Assembly (NCBI GenBank): GCA_951406725.2
Contig: OX597814.1
Span: 46,934,001 to 46,998,000 of the forward strand
DNA from: Octopus vulgaris
Taxonomy: Eukaryota
Length of the DNA stretch: 64,000 nucleotides
Direction of reading: 5' to 3'
Numbering within the stretch: the stretch's first letter is position 1; the number at the start of each line of letters is the position of its first letter. The translations under genes and the position numbers were made by a program. The notes beneath the pieces are model-generated. The model searched no databases and was not told the DNA's origin. It saw only the letters and a program-made list of their open reading frames with translations. This document shows, piece by piece, positions 1-13,089 of this stretch.

Positions 1-192
1 TCTCTTGCACAATACAACTGATGCCTCTTATGCCCAACTTTTCTCTCAAGATACTTACATTCTGTCGAACATGCACATTGACATTGCACATCCAGCGAAG
101 CATACTGGCTTCATTTCTTCCAAGCCTACACATGTCCTTAGCTGTCACAGCCCATGTTTCACTGCCATGTAGCATAGCTGTTCACACACTTC
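1..192 (-). mobile_element. RTE-clade LINE fragment (RT C-terminal region)
   Basis: Minus-strand translation TAMLHGSETWAVTAKDMCRLGRNEASMLRWMCNV...LREKLGIRGI is typical of RTE ORF C-termini; runs off the window edge. Confidence 0.8.
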
Positions 193-344
193 TGTTTAAT
201 ATAGAAGAGTATTTTCAAGATTTGAATATTATAAGGATTTTTCACTTTTATTGCTTTATAAGAATTGCCAGCTGTACTTCTGTCATTATGACCAATAAAA
301 TTTATTATTTGTACAATAATTATTTGTACAGTCATTTTAGTTGC

Positions 345-378
<34 letters not shown>

Positions 379-1543
379 AGAATAGTTAAACCTCAGTGCC
401 ATGAAAACTAGCAGTATTATGTAATTAACAAATTTCAGTTTATAGAGTGGCATTTAAGAACTTCAATAGTCCTGAGTCAGAATTTAAGCATCTATACTGC
501 AGCCTTTTTCTACAAATTGTGCCACTGCCATGCTTAAAAAATAATATTAAAAATAGTGACTAGATATGACATCATTTCCTTGAAATTGTGTTTGAACAAG
601 GTCTTTATTCTAAGGAATACACTTGGAACCTATATTTCATTTACTATATATTTGTAGCAAGAAGTGAAAGTTGAGTCACATTGTTTCCCTATGACACTTA
701 ATGCTGTTAATTTGACTATTCTATCACTACTTATGTAACCATTACTTCCAACACGTATCTTCATTCAATTAAGAGGCATTATTCTCAAGCATTTCATTCT
801 TTCAAAAGCAATTAAAAATTTTCCTATTTTGAAAACTACTGTCCAATTATCACAATATTCAGTACAGAACATGATTATTAGATAGAAATTTCTCAAAAAA
901 TTTGAATCTCCTACTGGCCTATATTATCTATGGCAATTTTATGTTAAATATTGAATGTAACTCTATCCTTCATTAAGAAAAATTTTCATTATAAAGCAAG
1001 TTGAGAAACCCTTAATTTATTCAAGGGAGACATATTTGCTAATTTTACCAGAGAGAGATATTTGCCATTATGTTGATAGACAAAGTAATGTGACATGAAT
1101 CAGTGAAAAATTATTTTTTAATCAAATTTTAAATGTTAGATCTTTTCACTCTTATCTGAAAAACTTGAGAGATTGAAAGATTCTTTGGACTATATTTATT
1201 TAAATCATTCTTAATTGGATACTCATGGATCACCAAAGCAACTAAAATACGGCCATCTGCAACTTTGCCAATTTGGGATTAGGCATTTGATTTGAATTAT
1301 ATCAATAGTTGCTGTTGCACACTGGAATAAATATTGGAACTGATATACTAAAGACTGATAACACAAGACTAGTCAGCTTTGTTGTATCTGATGTTGAAGA
1401 CACTAACATGCTAAATCTTTATAACAGTTTTAAATAGAAAGTAGATGTACATCTTTTTTTATATTGAATCTCATGAACTGCTAATTCCTATTTTCCCACT
1501 TGTGAATTTTGGAAAAATATTTGAATTACTGTTAGGATATGTT

Positions 1544-1755
1544 AAGGCAGTGAGCTGACAGAATTGTTAGCAGACTGGAAAAAATGCTTGGCAGCATTTT
1601 GTCCATCTTTACATTTCGAGTTCAAATACCACTGACGTCGACTTTACCTTCCATCCTTTCAGAATTGATAAAATAAGTACCAGTTGGACACTAGGGTTGA
1701 TGTATCCCCCATCCCTAAAATTGCTGGCCTTTTGTCAAAATTTGAAACCATTTTA
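1544..1755 (+). mobile_element. tRNA-derived SINE, family A
   Basis: Head AAGGCAGTGAGCTGACAGAA, B-box-like GAGTTCAAATACC, core GATAAAATAAGTACCAG; flanked by near-perfect 12-bp TSD TTAGG(A/G)TATGTT; homologous copies at 9484, 12191 and 50831. Confidence 0.8.
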
Positions 1756-2051
1756 TTAGGGTATGTTCCATTTGATATTACCAGATGGCAATTGCTTACC
1801 TAGGGAAACTATAAGGTAAGTGTTAAAAAATTTGTTTGCACTTTTATTTAATTCATGCATGAAGTGGGAGTGTTTTTTCTTAAAATTCCATAAAAGAGAT
1901 GTGTGCCATTAAAGTAGGATTTCATAGATATCATTACTTTTAACACCACCATTGCCTTATTAAAACAGACATGACATCCCTGTGGTATAAAAGCTGTAAG
2001 TGCCATTTTGCAATGAGCAATAGTGAAGACTTTGGGTGGAGGAATATATAT

Positions 2052-2250
2052 ATCATCATCATCATCGTTTAACGTCCGCTTTCCATGCTAGCATGGGTTG
2101 GACGGTTCAACTGGGGTCTGGGAAGCCAGAAGGCTGCACCAGACCTAGTCTGATCTGGCAGTGTTTCTACGGCTGGATGCCCTTCCTAACACCAACCACT
2201 CCGTGAGTGTAGTGGGTGCTTTTTACATGCCAGACAAGGCTGGCAAGTGG
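2052..2250 (-). mobile_element. RTE-type 3' tail (LINE or partner SINE 3' end)
   Basis: Minus strand ends CCAACCCATGCTAGCATGGAAAGCGGACGTTAAAC(GAT)n; shares GCTGGAT.CCCT.CCTAA..CCAACC with the RTE 3' end at 4020-4475. Confidence 0.7.
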
Positions 2251-2276
2251 CCACGATTGAACAGTGGGAAAATAGG

Positions 2277-2320
<44 letters not shown>

Positions 2321-4019
2321 TAGATCCTGAGGGACACAAACATGGCTATTTATTGCCTGTTGGCAAATACTTGTTCCCCAGTTATCAAATTATTCTTCCT
2401 ATCAAGTTTACAACTTTAGAGCAGCTACAATCAATGCAAGTACAATGAAAGGTAGGTCCAGTGAGATTTTTGAAATGCTAGATCAGAAGTGTAATAGAGG
2501 TGTGCTGCTTGTGAAAGATAAGATGAACAGAAGCTGAGCCTGACTTCTCACAGGCAAGAAATAAAGGCATAAATTTTGGAGGGTAGGCAATAGTGGTGGT
2601 GTCTCTCTGAGAGTGTAATGCATATTTTTACAGAGAAATGGCAAGAGGAGATGATTGCAGGAGTCAGAGTGTGCCATAGGACAATTAATCTTAGTCTAAT
2701 ACAACAACAGCATTTATCTCTGTGGTTGATAAATGCTATTATCAACAGTATTTATCAACAATGCTATTGATAAATGCATTGTTTATCAACAGCATTGATA
2801 AACAATGCTCTTCAGTTGAGACTAGTTGATGAATAGGACTGATTTTACAAGGCCCTATTACAGATTGTCTCAACAGGGAACTCATCATCATGGCTAGTAA
2901 CTTCAACAGACATATTAGGCAGCACCCTGATGGATTTTGTGATGTGCATGAAAGCCACAGTTTCAGTTTTAGAAATGAGGACGGAACAAGGATGGTGGAG
3001 TTCTGTGATGCAAATGATGATATGTAAATCTAATTTCAGGAAATCAGCTAGCCACCTGATTAAATATTAACCTGGTGGACTCAAACCAGATTTACTACAT
3101 CCTCTCCAGAAAAAGGGGTACATAGATGGTTGTAAATGTAAAGTCCTTTCCTGGTGAAGACTATACAATCTTGTATAAGTAAGTGGCTTTAACTTCAAAC
3201 TTGGAACTAGGCAGATTAAGAGTCCTTCAGGAAAAGGAAGATTTATAAACCTATAGATCTGTTGAACAATCAGAAATTTAGAGAAATTCTAGTTGAAGCA
3301 TTCCACAAAAAGGTGTAAGAAATATAGACGTAAAGCATAGAGGGACATACAACATATAGGACCTAAAGCATACGAACTTAGGCTCCAATGGGACAATCAA
3401 ATGAGGACTGAAGATCAAATATGTGGCTGGTGCAAGCTTCTAACCAGACCAAGGGTGATGTGGTGGACTGCACAGTGTAGTAGACAGAGCCATAAAGGCT
3501 TAGGGACGGAACTGGAAGAACAGGGACAGCAGAGAATTATACCAGGTAGTAAGAAGTGAAGCTAGGTGACAGGTTTATTTAGCTAGGTGAGAAACAGAAA
3601 GTAAGGGGTTTGCCAGTGTTCTACAATAAGAGAGCCAGGTGCATGAGGTGTTCCAGAATGCAAGGCAGTATATCAGAGGAAATTGAGAAGTTGTAGAAGA
3701 TAAGTGTGTAGAGATGGACAATGGCATGCTTGCAGTAGTTATTTTGAAAACAAAGAGGTCTGGAAGTGCTACTATGAAAGGGGAATGCATGAGCAAAAGA
3801 TAGTCTTCCCAACGTGGACCTGGCAGAGGGACCAGTTATTCTAGTTGACTGTGTAAAAGATAAAGCAATATAGGATGTGAAGACAGGCAAAAATCCTGAA
3901 CGATCTTAAAATAGCTGGCAGCATGGGATAGAGCCTAGTTACCTATATAGTCAATCAGGAAGGTGACACATTGTAACTGCATAGCAGTAGGATAGACAAC
4001 TGTAAAAAAAATGTCTTAG

Positions 4020-4475
4020 AGAAACCAGTCCCCAGTCGTCTGTTTTGGCAGGAGTTCTACAGCTGGATACCCTCCCTAATGCCAACCGCTTTACAGAGTG
4101 TACTGGATGCTCTATTATGTGGTGCCGGCACATGTACTTTTCTACATGGTGCCAGTACACATGCTTTTTTTTTACGTGGCACTGGCACAGGTGCTTTTTA
4201 CGTGTCGCGAGTACAGATGCTTTCACGTGACGCCGCCACGAGTGCCTGATTCTATTTAGCGTCTTCTCAAGCACAGCAAATCGCCAGGAGTCTCGGTCCC
4301 TTTTCATCTCCTCAGTGAGGTTCAATATCTGAAGATCCTTTCTCACCACTTCGCTTCCCGTCTTCCTGTGTCTACCCCTTCTGCAGGTTCTCTTCACAAT
4401 TTGAGATCGGTACTTCTTTAGGTAGTTGTCCTCATCCATACGCAGTACATGACCATACCAGCACGGTCCCCTCTC
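4020..4475 (-). mobile_element. RTE LINE 3' end nested in opposite orientation within the older RTE
   Basis: ORF 3951-4439(-) has RRGRHRKTGSEVVRKDLQILNLTEEMKRDRDSWR, an RTE C-terminal signature, followed by a 3' UTR. Confidence 0.8.
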
Positions 4476-5169
4476 TTAAGAAAGGAATTAGCTTCCGTGG
4501 GATACAGTTTTGTTTTGTTCCAGGAAGTATTATTGATGCTTTCTTCCCGGTAAAGTAACTTCAAGAGAAATATTTAGTGAAAAGCAATCCGTTGGACTTA
4601 GCATTTACCAACCTAGAAAATGGAGTCCCACACTCTGATCTCGGGGGTTGCTGTAGCAGTCATGAGTATACAAATGGTTTGAGTGAATCATACAAGCCAT
4701 GTACGCGGTTGCTGTTAGTAATGTGAGACTTGAAAACGAGTATAGGGATGAATTTAGTGTGCAAGTTCACTAGGTCTTACTTCCATCCTATTCATTATAG
4801 TTCCCCGGGCCATAACAGAGAAGTTAAAAGCCGGATGCCCTTGAGAGCTTATTTATATCCAGGAAGATCTTAAGAGTCTGTAGATAGTTTTTGTTACCTA
4901 GGTGACCTAATTAGCAGTGGAGGAGAATGACTTGAAAGAATAGTGGTGAGAGTAGGAACAGGCTGGGGCAAGTTTAGATAGCTATCACCTCTGTTGGTAA
5001 CAAAAAGTTTCTCCGTCAAGAGAAAGTTGATTGCATGACGCTTGTATTTCAACTGAAATGCTACATGATAATCAGATGTGGGCCCTAAATGCAGAAGATA
5101 TGCAAATACTAGAAAGAAATGACACCTTTATGTTCTAATGGATGTACCTGAGCCACGAAGTACAAATAT

Positions 5170-5775
5170 GTTGAGAGGAAAGCTGGTCATAAGAGGAACC
5201 TGTGGAGAGAAAAACTGTTTATAAGAAAAGCCTGTTGAGAGAAAAACTGTTCATAAGAGGAACCCGTTGAGGGAAAACTGTTCATAAGAGGAAACCGTTG
5301 GGGAAAAACTGTTCATAAGAGGAACCTGTTGAGGGAAAAACTGGTCGTAAGAGGAACCCGTTGAGAGAAAAACTGGTCATAAGAGGAACCTGTTGAGAGA
5401 AAAACTGTTCATAAGAGGAAACCGTTGGGGGGAAAACTGTTCATAAGAGGAACCTGTTGAGAGAAAAACTGTTCATAAGAGTAACCCGTTGAGGGAAAAA
5501 CTGTTCATAAGAGGAACCTGTTAAGGGAAAAACTGGTCGTAAGAGGAACCTGTTGAGAGAAAAACTGCTCATAAGAGGAACCTGTTGAGGGAAAAACTGT
5601 TCATAAGAGGAACCTGTTGAGGGAAAAACTGGTCGTAAGAGGAACATTGATAGAAAAACTGTTCATAAGAGGAACCTGTCGAGAGAAAAACTGGTCGTAA
5701 GAGGACCCTGTTGAGAGAAACACTGGTCATAAGAGGAACCAGCTGAGAGAAAAAACTGGTCATAAGAGGAACCAG
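5170..5775 (+). repeat. 32-bp minisatellite, about 19 units
   Basis: Unit ATAAGAGGAACCTGTTGAGAGAAAAACTGTTC; CCTGTTGAGG recurs at 5581 and 5613; no spacers. Confidence 0.95.
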
Positions 5776-5917
5776 ATGTAATAGCAAGGGAGACTGCGGG
5801 ATTTCGGACATGTGATGTGTATTGATAAAGGATCTTAGCGCTGATTGCTTAATATGGACGGAACTTGTGGAAAAGGAAAGCCCACAGGGGAAGGTCCGTG
5901 TATACATACACACACAC

Positions 5918-5972
<55 letters not shown>

Positions 5973-7181
5973 TCATCTCCAAGGGTCGCGCTGAGACGTG
6001 TTTTCCCCAACCGCGTCACGAATTTCTCCTACATTTGTTTAGACCCTCCTTTAATTTCATACTATATGTCTTTGCCAATAACATGAAGTTAGATGAACAG
6101 TCTAAAATACTTTTGACCTGCTTCGGCTTTCCTTTCTATTTTAGCCTGTTCTTCTATTTTTAGGTCTATTCAGATCATGACTTCCTCTTCGAGAAACATT
6201 GCGATGCGAAAGGACTTTCTAGAGAGATCTGCTATAAATAACACCTCATTTTTTCCATTGTTCATTGAGTTCAATTATCCTGTCTCTTGTATTTACTTAT
6301 ACTATTTTTCTTTCGTTAATTTGTTGGTTTTTTTATATTATTTTCTTACTTTGGTTGGTAATATAAAGACAGTGCTTAATTTCCATAAAATCTACAAATT
6401 CACAAAGGTTCGTAAAAGACGAACTAAGCAAAACTGCAACGTAGGTGTGAACTATCAATAGAATGGGAAACGTAACGATGGACTACCCATGGCTGCCGTC
6501 TGAGGAGTAAACGTATGCTATTTATAAACAGTGATCTGTGAACCATCAAGCTGTAATCGTTCTTATCTTCACAACCGACTACCTAGCCGCATAACTTCAC
6601 ACACGTGCGCATGTGCATATATGTGTGTGTCTGTGCACACACACACATACACACACACACACATACACACACACACACACACACTGAGAATTTGTTTTGG
6701 GGTTTGAAAATGCACCTGAATCTCAAAACGTGTAGTCATTTTAAAATTTTGTGATAGATTTATTCAAATACCAAACCGTTTTCAATAGCATTTTGCTTAT
6801 CATTGGTAAAAATAAATAGAGTTTAAAGTTACAAGGTAACATTCGGAAAAACGTGTTTAAACGATCAAATATTCAAATGTTCGCAGAAATTTCAGTGGGT
6901 TTTACAGAGATAGACAGTAATGTAAGTTTAAAATGTTCGATGAAGAATGATAACAAATATACATGATTGAAAGTTCAGTCATAACAGTATATACCGAGTT
7001 TCATAAGAGATGACCTGGATTTTTTAAACCATACCCCCAAGAAAAAACAGTATGGACTCTCTTTTGGTTTCATTTGATGTAATAAACCTCTACACCTCGA
7101 TTTCTCACGAATACGAAGTAGAAGCTTTACAGTTCTGATTCTGACCGAATTGGAAAAGGATTTATCATTGAGGGTGTAGCG

Positions 7182-7246
<65 letters not shown>

Positions 7247-7449
7247 ATATATACATGAATACAGACGTAGTAGATAACAGCTAGCCTTCGACCGCCCCTT
7301 TTGCACCCGCACTATCGGAGCTACTGCACAACGCACACAGCTAAAGATGGTTGCTGAGAGCAGCACACTTCACCTATCCTGTGAAACTCCACGAAGAACA
7401 AAAGGATGAGAGAAGACGATATTCTTCCGATATCGTAAACCTTGCCTTC

Positions 7450-8850
7450 CATTATGAGGGACTAAAATTCGTCCTACAAAGTAACTGCTTTAATTCCAAA
7501 ACAAATACATACAGACAAAATCTGGGACTGCGATGAGAACGAGGCAAGCCCACACATTTGCTAACCTTGTTATAGCATACTTAGAAGTTCAAATATATAA
7601 CACGCCAGATTGAAATCTAGCGACAACTTCCAAAAATACTTTCTTGCCAACTACAAACGTTACCTGGACGATTGTTTTATTCTGTGGTCACATAACCTTC
7701 ATTAACTCTTGGAATTTAAAAAATTACTTAGAAGTTCAAATATACTAACACGCCAGACTGAAATTAATCGCAATATCAAATTTACAATGGAATACAGTCA
7801 CAAACGGTTACCCCTTCTGGACATTTTAATCATAAAAAGAGATACTAACATTGAAATCGACATCTACTTTAAACCAACAGACTCAAAAAAATCTACTATT
7901 CTCTTCCTACCATCCAAAAGCATACAAAAAAATCAATATACCTTTTAACTTAGCAAGAATTTACACGATTGTATCCAATCCCGAAACCCAGGATAAACGA
8001 CTCCAAGAACTTAAAAATATATTACTAGAAACTAAATACCCGGCTAGTTTAATTAAAAACGGATTATAACGTGAAAAACAACAGACATCCAAGAATTAGG
8101 AAAAACAGACCACCCCCGACTCACTTAAAACTTTGTCTTACGTACCAACTTAGAATCCAAGAAAAATGGAAGCATACAACATCATCCATCAAATATTCCC
8201 TTCCGATTGAACGACCTGCGAATGAAAAAAAAATACTCGAAGCACATAATATTATTAAAAGTAAAAGACAACCCAAACCTCTAAAAAGGTTACTTATCAG
8301 TGCCAAATTACTCACCAAAAATATAACCCCACTAGTCAAAAACAGCAACCTCCCTAACAGCGGGACCTGTATCAACCTTACGGAAAGTTCAACACATGAA
8401 TTCAAATCAGGTCAAATATTCACCATAAAAAATAATTTCACCTGTGCATCGTAGAATTTAATTTATGTTCTCAAATTTGGTGGGGACTACATAGGTTAAA
8501 CGAGCTTGACCTTGAAGAACAGACTGATGGTACACAGGCAACAGATTCGAGACCCCTCGACCAGGAATATTTCTGTAAGTTAACACTTAGATCAAATCCC
8601 TGCCAAGAAAAATCCGAAATACCAGAGTTTCCCTCTCTTATCAATGCACCAGAAACACTTCAACCCAATTCCGATTAAATAAGGAAAATATGCTTATTAA
8701 AACATATAAACAACAATTAAATATCTTATAGTAACACACTAGAAAGAGAAATTTCAATTTCTTCACGAAAAACGACCAGAGACAACAGATATAAATCGAA
8801 ACGTTTAAGTTATAGGCTTCCTCGGGGATTCGAAACCCCACTCCAAACTA
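7450..8850 (+). mobile_element. Penelope-like element remnant (RT + GIY-YIG endonuclease), frameshifted
   Basis: GTAMRTRQAHTFANLVIAYLE, YKRYLDDCFILW, IKFTMEYSHKRLPLLDILI...DIYFKPTDS, SSYHPK...NIPFNLAR, KSKRQPKPLKRLL, FTCAS.NLIYVLKFGGDYIG.T...RLMVHRQQIR. Confidence 0.9.
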
Positions 8851-9260
8851 CCGTACAATAAAACCGTACACCTACTCAAACATATACCTACTCAAATACC
8901 AGTTGCTGACGTCACCCCAGACTAAACCAGTGAGGTTTTTCTCTTAGAAAAAAAAAGACTCTCCATGTTTGTTTTCGTTCGGTCTCTTTGTATGTCTCCT
9001 CTGTGATTCTTTTGTCCCCAACTTTGACCATCCATAAATCCTAAATTTTATTTCAGAATTCATGAAGACTCATCATCGTTGAATGCTTGAAATGAAGAGT
9101 AGATAGACAGCCGACAACTGATGAAGAGTCCTTTCTCTGTGTTTACTTGTCATATTTCCATTTTTTTCTCGTTGTTTACGTACTTCACTCGTTTTGACCT
9201 CGTTTGTTTACGCATTTCATGTTACTTGCACCGTTAGTGACGTTCTGTACCCATATATGC

Positions 9261-9728
<468 letters not shown>

Positions 9729-9748
9729 CAGACAACAGATTAATTGTG

Positions 9749-9837
9749 ATTCACTACAGCTGTTTCAGACGTGCTTTTTATTGATGAACAGAAGTGTTAC
9801 AACATGCAATAAAAAGAAAAAGTTTTCATCAAGTGGA
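9749..9837 (-). ncRNA. Type-I hammerhead-like motif (long stem II; same family as 30086)
   Basis: atccac-UUGAUGA-...-GAAA-CAGCUG-UA-gugaau; C3 replaced by U; stem II pairing unclear. Confidence 0.5.
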
Positions 9838-10489
9838 TACAGGTGAGAATTAACAATTAGAACTTCTCAAGAACAAGGACGTAGTGCCAGATGATTCAGA
9901 CAACCCAAATTCAGAACATTGTCTATAGGTGCAATAGGCTTGATGAATGTATTCATGTGTGACCATGATGATTCATTGTGTTTTCAGTCAGCCACTTGAG
10001 AATAAATACGTTTTTTTTTAGTGATTACTTATTTGTCGTTATATATTGCTTGTACTCGATAGTGCTATCACCGACCCGACCTTGGTGCTTCCACCATTTA
10101 CCCCCACCCACCCAAACACACACACACACACACACACACGCGTGAGCTAAAATTTTCCTCGCATAAGCGCAGCCTGGTCACTGACACAGTTCCATAGAAA
10201 AAGAAACCATAAGTGACAGGCCACAGATGTGCGATGAAAATTTCAACTCCTGGAAAGATAAATTCGAATTTTTAATGAATTTGACAATTTTGTTATTAAT
10301 TGGCTCTTCCACGATATATTTGCTCTCTCTTTTTCTCTCTCTTTCTTTTCTTTGCTGAATCTACAACACATACATACATACATACATACATACATACATA
10401 CATACATACATACATACATACATACATACATACATACATACATGTATGCATACATACATACACACACACACACACATACATACATACAT

Positions 10490-11115
10490 ACATGCTCTGT
10501 GGCTGGAAGAAATCCGAAAAATTTATTGCTCCTACATTACATCCAAGACATACAACATTGGTGGTGAAACTCTTGCAACTGGGATCCAGAAACTTCAGGA
10601 TGGAAAAGCACCTGGAAGAGACTTGATTGTTGGATATTGGTACAAGAAGCTAACATTCTACCAACCATATCTTATCAATCTGTACCAGCAAGCTTTCATT
10701 GGGAACAGTGGCATACCACACTTGTTAGCTCTGGCAGAGACAAAATTGATCCCAAAATGCAGAACCACCCAATTGCATGCCAGAACTTAATGTGTAAAAT
10801 ATATACAGCAGTTTAAACCGCTTCCTCCAGGACTATTGTGAAACTAATAACATTATAACAGCAGAACAAGCAGCTGGGAAGAAGGGAGTCTGGGGATGTA
10901 CCGAGCAATTGTTAATCAACAAAATTGTGGTGTCAGAGGTGTGAAAGCATAGGAGGAACCTAGATTCAATGTGGCTAGACTACAAGAATGCCTTTGACTC
11001 TGTTCTCCACTCATGGATGATAGATACCCTTCAACTTGCCAAAGTTCCACTGAGAATAATCAAAACCATAGCTGACCTGACTTCATCGTGGCCATCATCT
11101 TGAAATTAAACACAA
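10490..11115 (+). mobile_element. R4/Dong-clade non-LTR retrotransposon RT fragment
   Basis: KAPGRDLIVGYWYKKL, PIACQNLMCKIYT, EQAAGKKGVWGCTEQLLINK, WLDYKNAFDSVLHSWM. Confidence 0.8.
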
Positions 11116-11118
11116 AGA

Positions 11119-11950
11119 GTGACTGTATCGAAAGTAATGACAGCCTTTGAGAAAGATGGAAAAACCTCCTGTCGAAACAAAACTCCGGAAGAAAACCAAA
11201 ACCTTCATACGCGAATTGTTAGAAAGGAACACAAAAGTACAGCTCCAAAAATTACTGCAGAGCGTAATGATCAACTCGAAGCCAGTTTTCACAAAAACTG
11301 TTCGCTGGGAGCGCTGCACAAAGCCGGATTTCACGGGATGGTTGCAATCAGAAAATCAGTACTTTCAAAAACAAACGTTGAAAACATTTAGAAAAAACCT
11401 ATAGAATTGGTCCCTAGAGCAGTGGAAGAATGTTATTTTCTCGGACGAATAATCGTTTACCTTATTTCCGACCACTGACCGAATATACGTGTGGAGACAG
11501 CCAAAAGAAGCATTTGACCCAGACTGCCTTCTTCCAGCTGTTAAACATGGAGGAGGATCTGTGATGATCGGTGGTGGGGGGGGGGACTATATCTTGGAAA
11601 CCTACTGACCCAATGGTTTCCCTTCAAGGCAGAATTAATGGTCAAGACTATTTAAGCATTTTATCTGATCAAATTCATCCTATGGTCGCGGAACTGTTTC
11701 CGGAGGGAAACAATCTTTCAGGATGATAATGCACCAATTCACACAGTTGTTACTGAATGGCACGAGAACATTTTAGTGAAGCTGAACATCTTATCTGGCC
11801 AATACAGTCCCCAGATCTCAATATTATTGAACATATTAGTAAAACGAGTAAGGAGTCGATATCTTCCACCATCATCACTACAAGATCTGGAGACTGATTT
11901 AGCTGAAGAATGGACAAAAATCCCTTTGGAAACAATTCAAACTTTCTACT
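11119..11950 (+). pseudogene. Tc1-family (DD34E) transposase pseudogene
   Basis: TAPKITAE, WSLEQWKNVIFSDE, YVWRQPKEAFDPDCLLPAVKHGGGSVMI, FQDDNAPIH, WPIQSPDLNIIE, LAEEWTKIPLETIQ. Confidence 0.9.
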
Positions 11951-12190
11951 GTAGTTACTGCCAAATGTGAATAAAAGAATGACTCGTAGGAAGATCTCAA
12001 AATATTCAGTTATGGCGTTTGCAAAGATGTTCAGGACTTTGTGGAAAGAAAACATTACGACTGGTTTGATGAAAATAGTGAAATTCAGATGCTATTAAAT
12101 GTAAAAAAATATAGCGCTTACAGTCCTACTGCGTAGCATTTCTTTGTAGGGAACCAGAAATGCATAAAAAAAATGCATGTTATTATTATT

Positions 12191-12360
12191 AAGGCGGCGA
12201 TCTGGCAAAATTATTACCACGCCAGGTAAAATACTCAGCGGTATTTCGTCCGTTTTTATGTTCTGAGTTCAAATACCGCCGAAGTCGACTTGGGCTTTCA
12301 TATTTTCTGAGTCGAGGAAATAAGTATCAGCTGGGTACTGGAGTCGATATAATCCCCACA
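12191..12360 (+). mobile_element. SINE family A
   Basis: AAGGCGGCGATCTGGCAAAA...CTGAGTTCAAATACCGCCGAAGTCGAC...AAATAAGTATCAG. Confidence 0.75.
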
Positions 12361-13089
12361 AAAGTCTCAAAAAATATACTTAGCATGGATTTTTAGCCTA
12401 CACACAGCCACACGCACATAATGTACTTCATTCAGAATTATCCTTTATACCTGCTACGAATCAGGTTCCTTTGCGTGCACTCCTTTTTAACGTTGCCTTT
12501 ACGCCCGCATTTTATTAGTTGTGATTTTGTTGCATTTTCATGCTTTTATAGTCACATTTTGTTATCGTCTTCTACTTACATGCTTACTACTTAATAGGGT
12601 TTTATTCGTGTTTTCGGTGCATCTTTGTGATTTTATAGTCGCTACTTTTTTCAAAGTTTCTGATGTTTTAGATATTGTGGTAATTATTATCTATGGCGAA
12701 AATGAATTATATGTCAATTATTAGCATACAAAACTACATCATTACACCAAATATTAAATCAATTGGAACAGAAATTGAAGAAATTGAAAAGTGGCAGCCA
12801 AACAGAAAAGATTCTTTGTGAGCCTATGTCAATAACTATTAATGATTTGTAGTTTCGATTTCGTTGTTTGTTTACATCTGACGTCTCAAATACGAAACGT
12901 CGGAACAGAATCAGCGCTGGCTGTAATTTCCATAGAAAATCTGGAGATATGACTTTGACACGTGATATGTCGATGACATTTTTGAGAATGAAGTTGTAAC
13001 TAAAGGACAAAGAGCAATAAAAAGCTTCCTGTTAGTTACTGATGTTCTAACGGATGTGGTTTAATGCAGAAAAATTTTGTAACTCTTGT

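Larger units (their letters stand above)
2430..5900 (+). mobile_element. Heavily degraded RTE LINE (APE endonuclease + RT), interrupted by insertions
   Basis: Fragments: ASNFNRHIRQHPDGFCDVHESHSFSFRNEDGTRMVEFCDAN (~2890-3015, APE); LQEKYLVKSNPLDLAFTNLE (~4560); VDSFCYLGDLISSGG...GWGKFR (~4880); DFGHVMCIDK (~5800). Many stops and frameshifts. Confidence 0.75.

Noticed and set aside
5170-5775. CRISPR-like array of ~32-bp repeats
   Set aside because: Units are contiguous with no unique spacers, there are no cas genes, and the unit derives from RTE sequence.
8755-9135. Hammerheads downstream of the Penelope ORF (TCGAAACGTT at ~8796, CTGATGA at ~9118)
   Set aside because: Expected location, but each has only half of the core recognisable.
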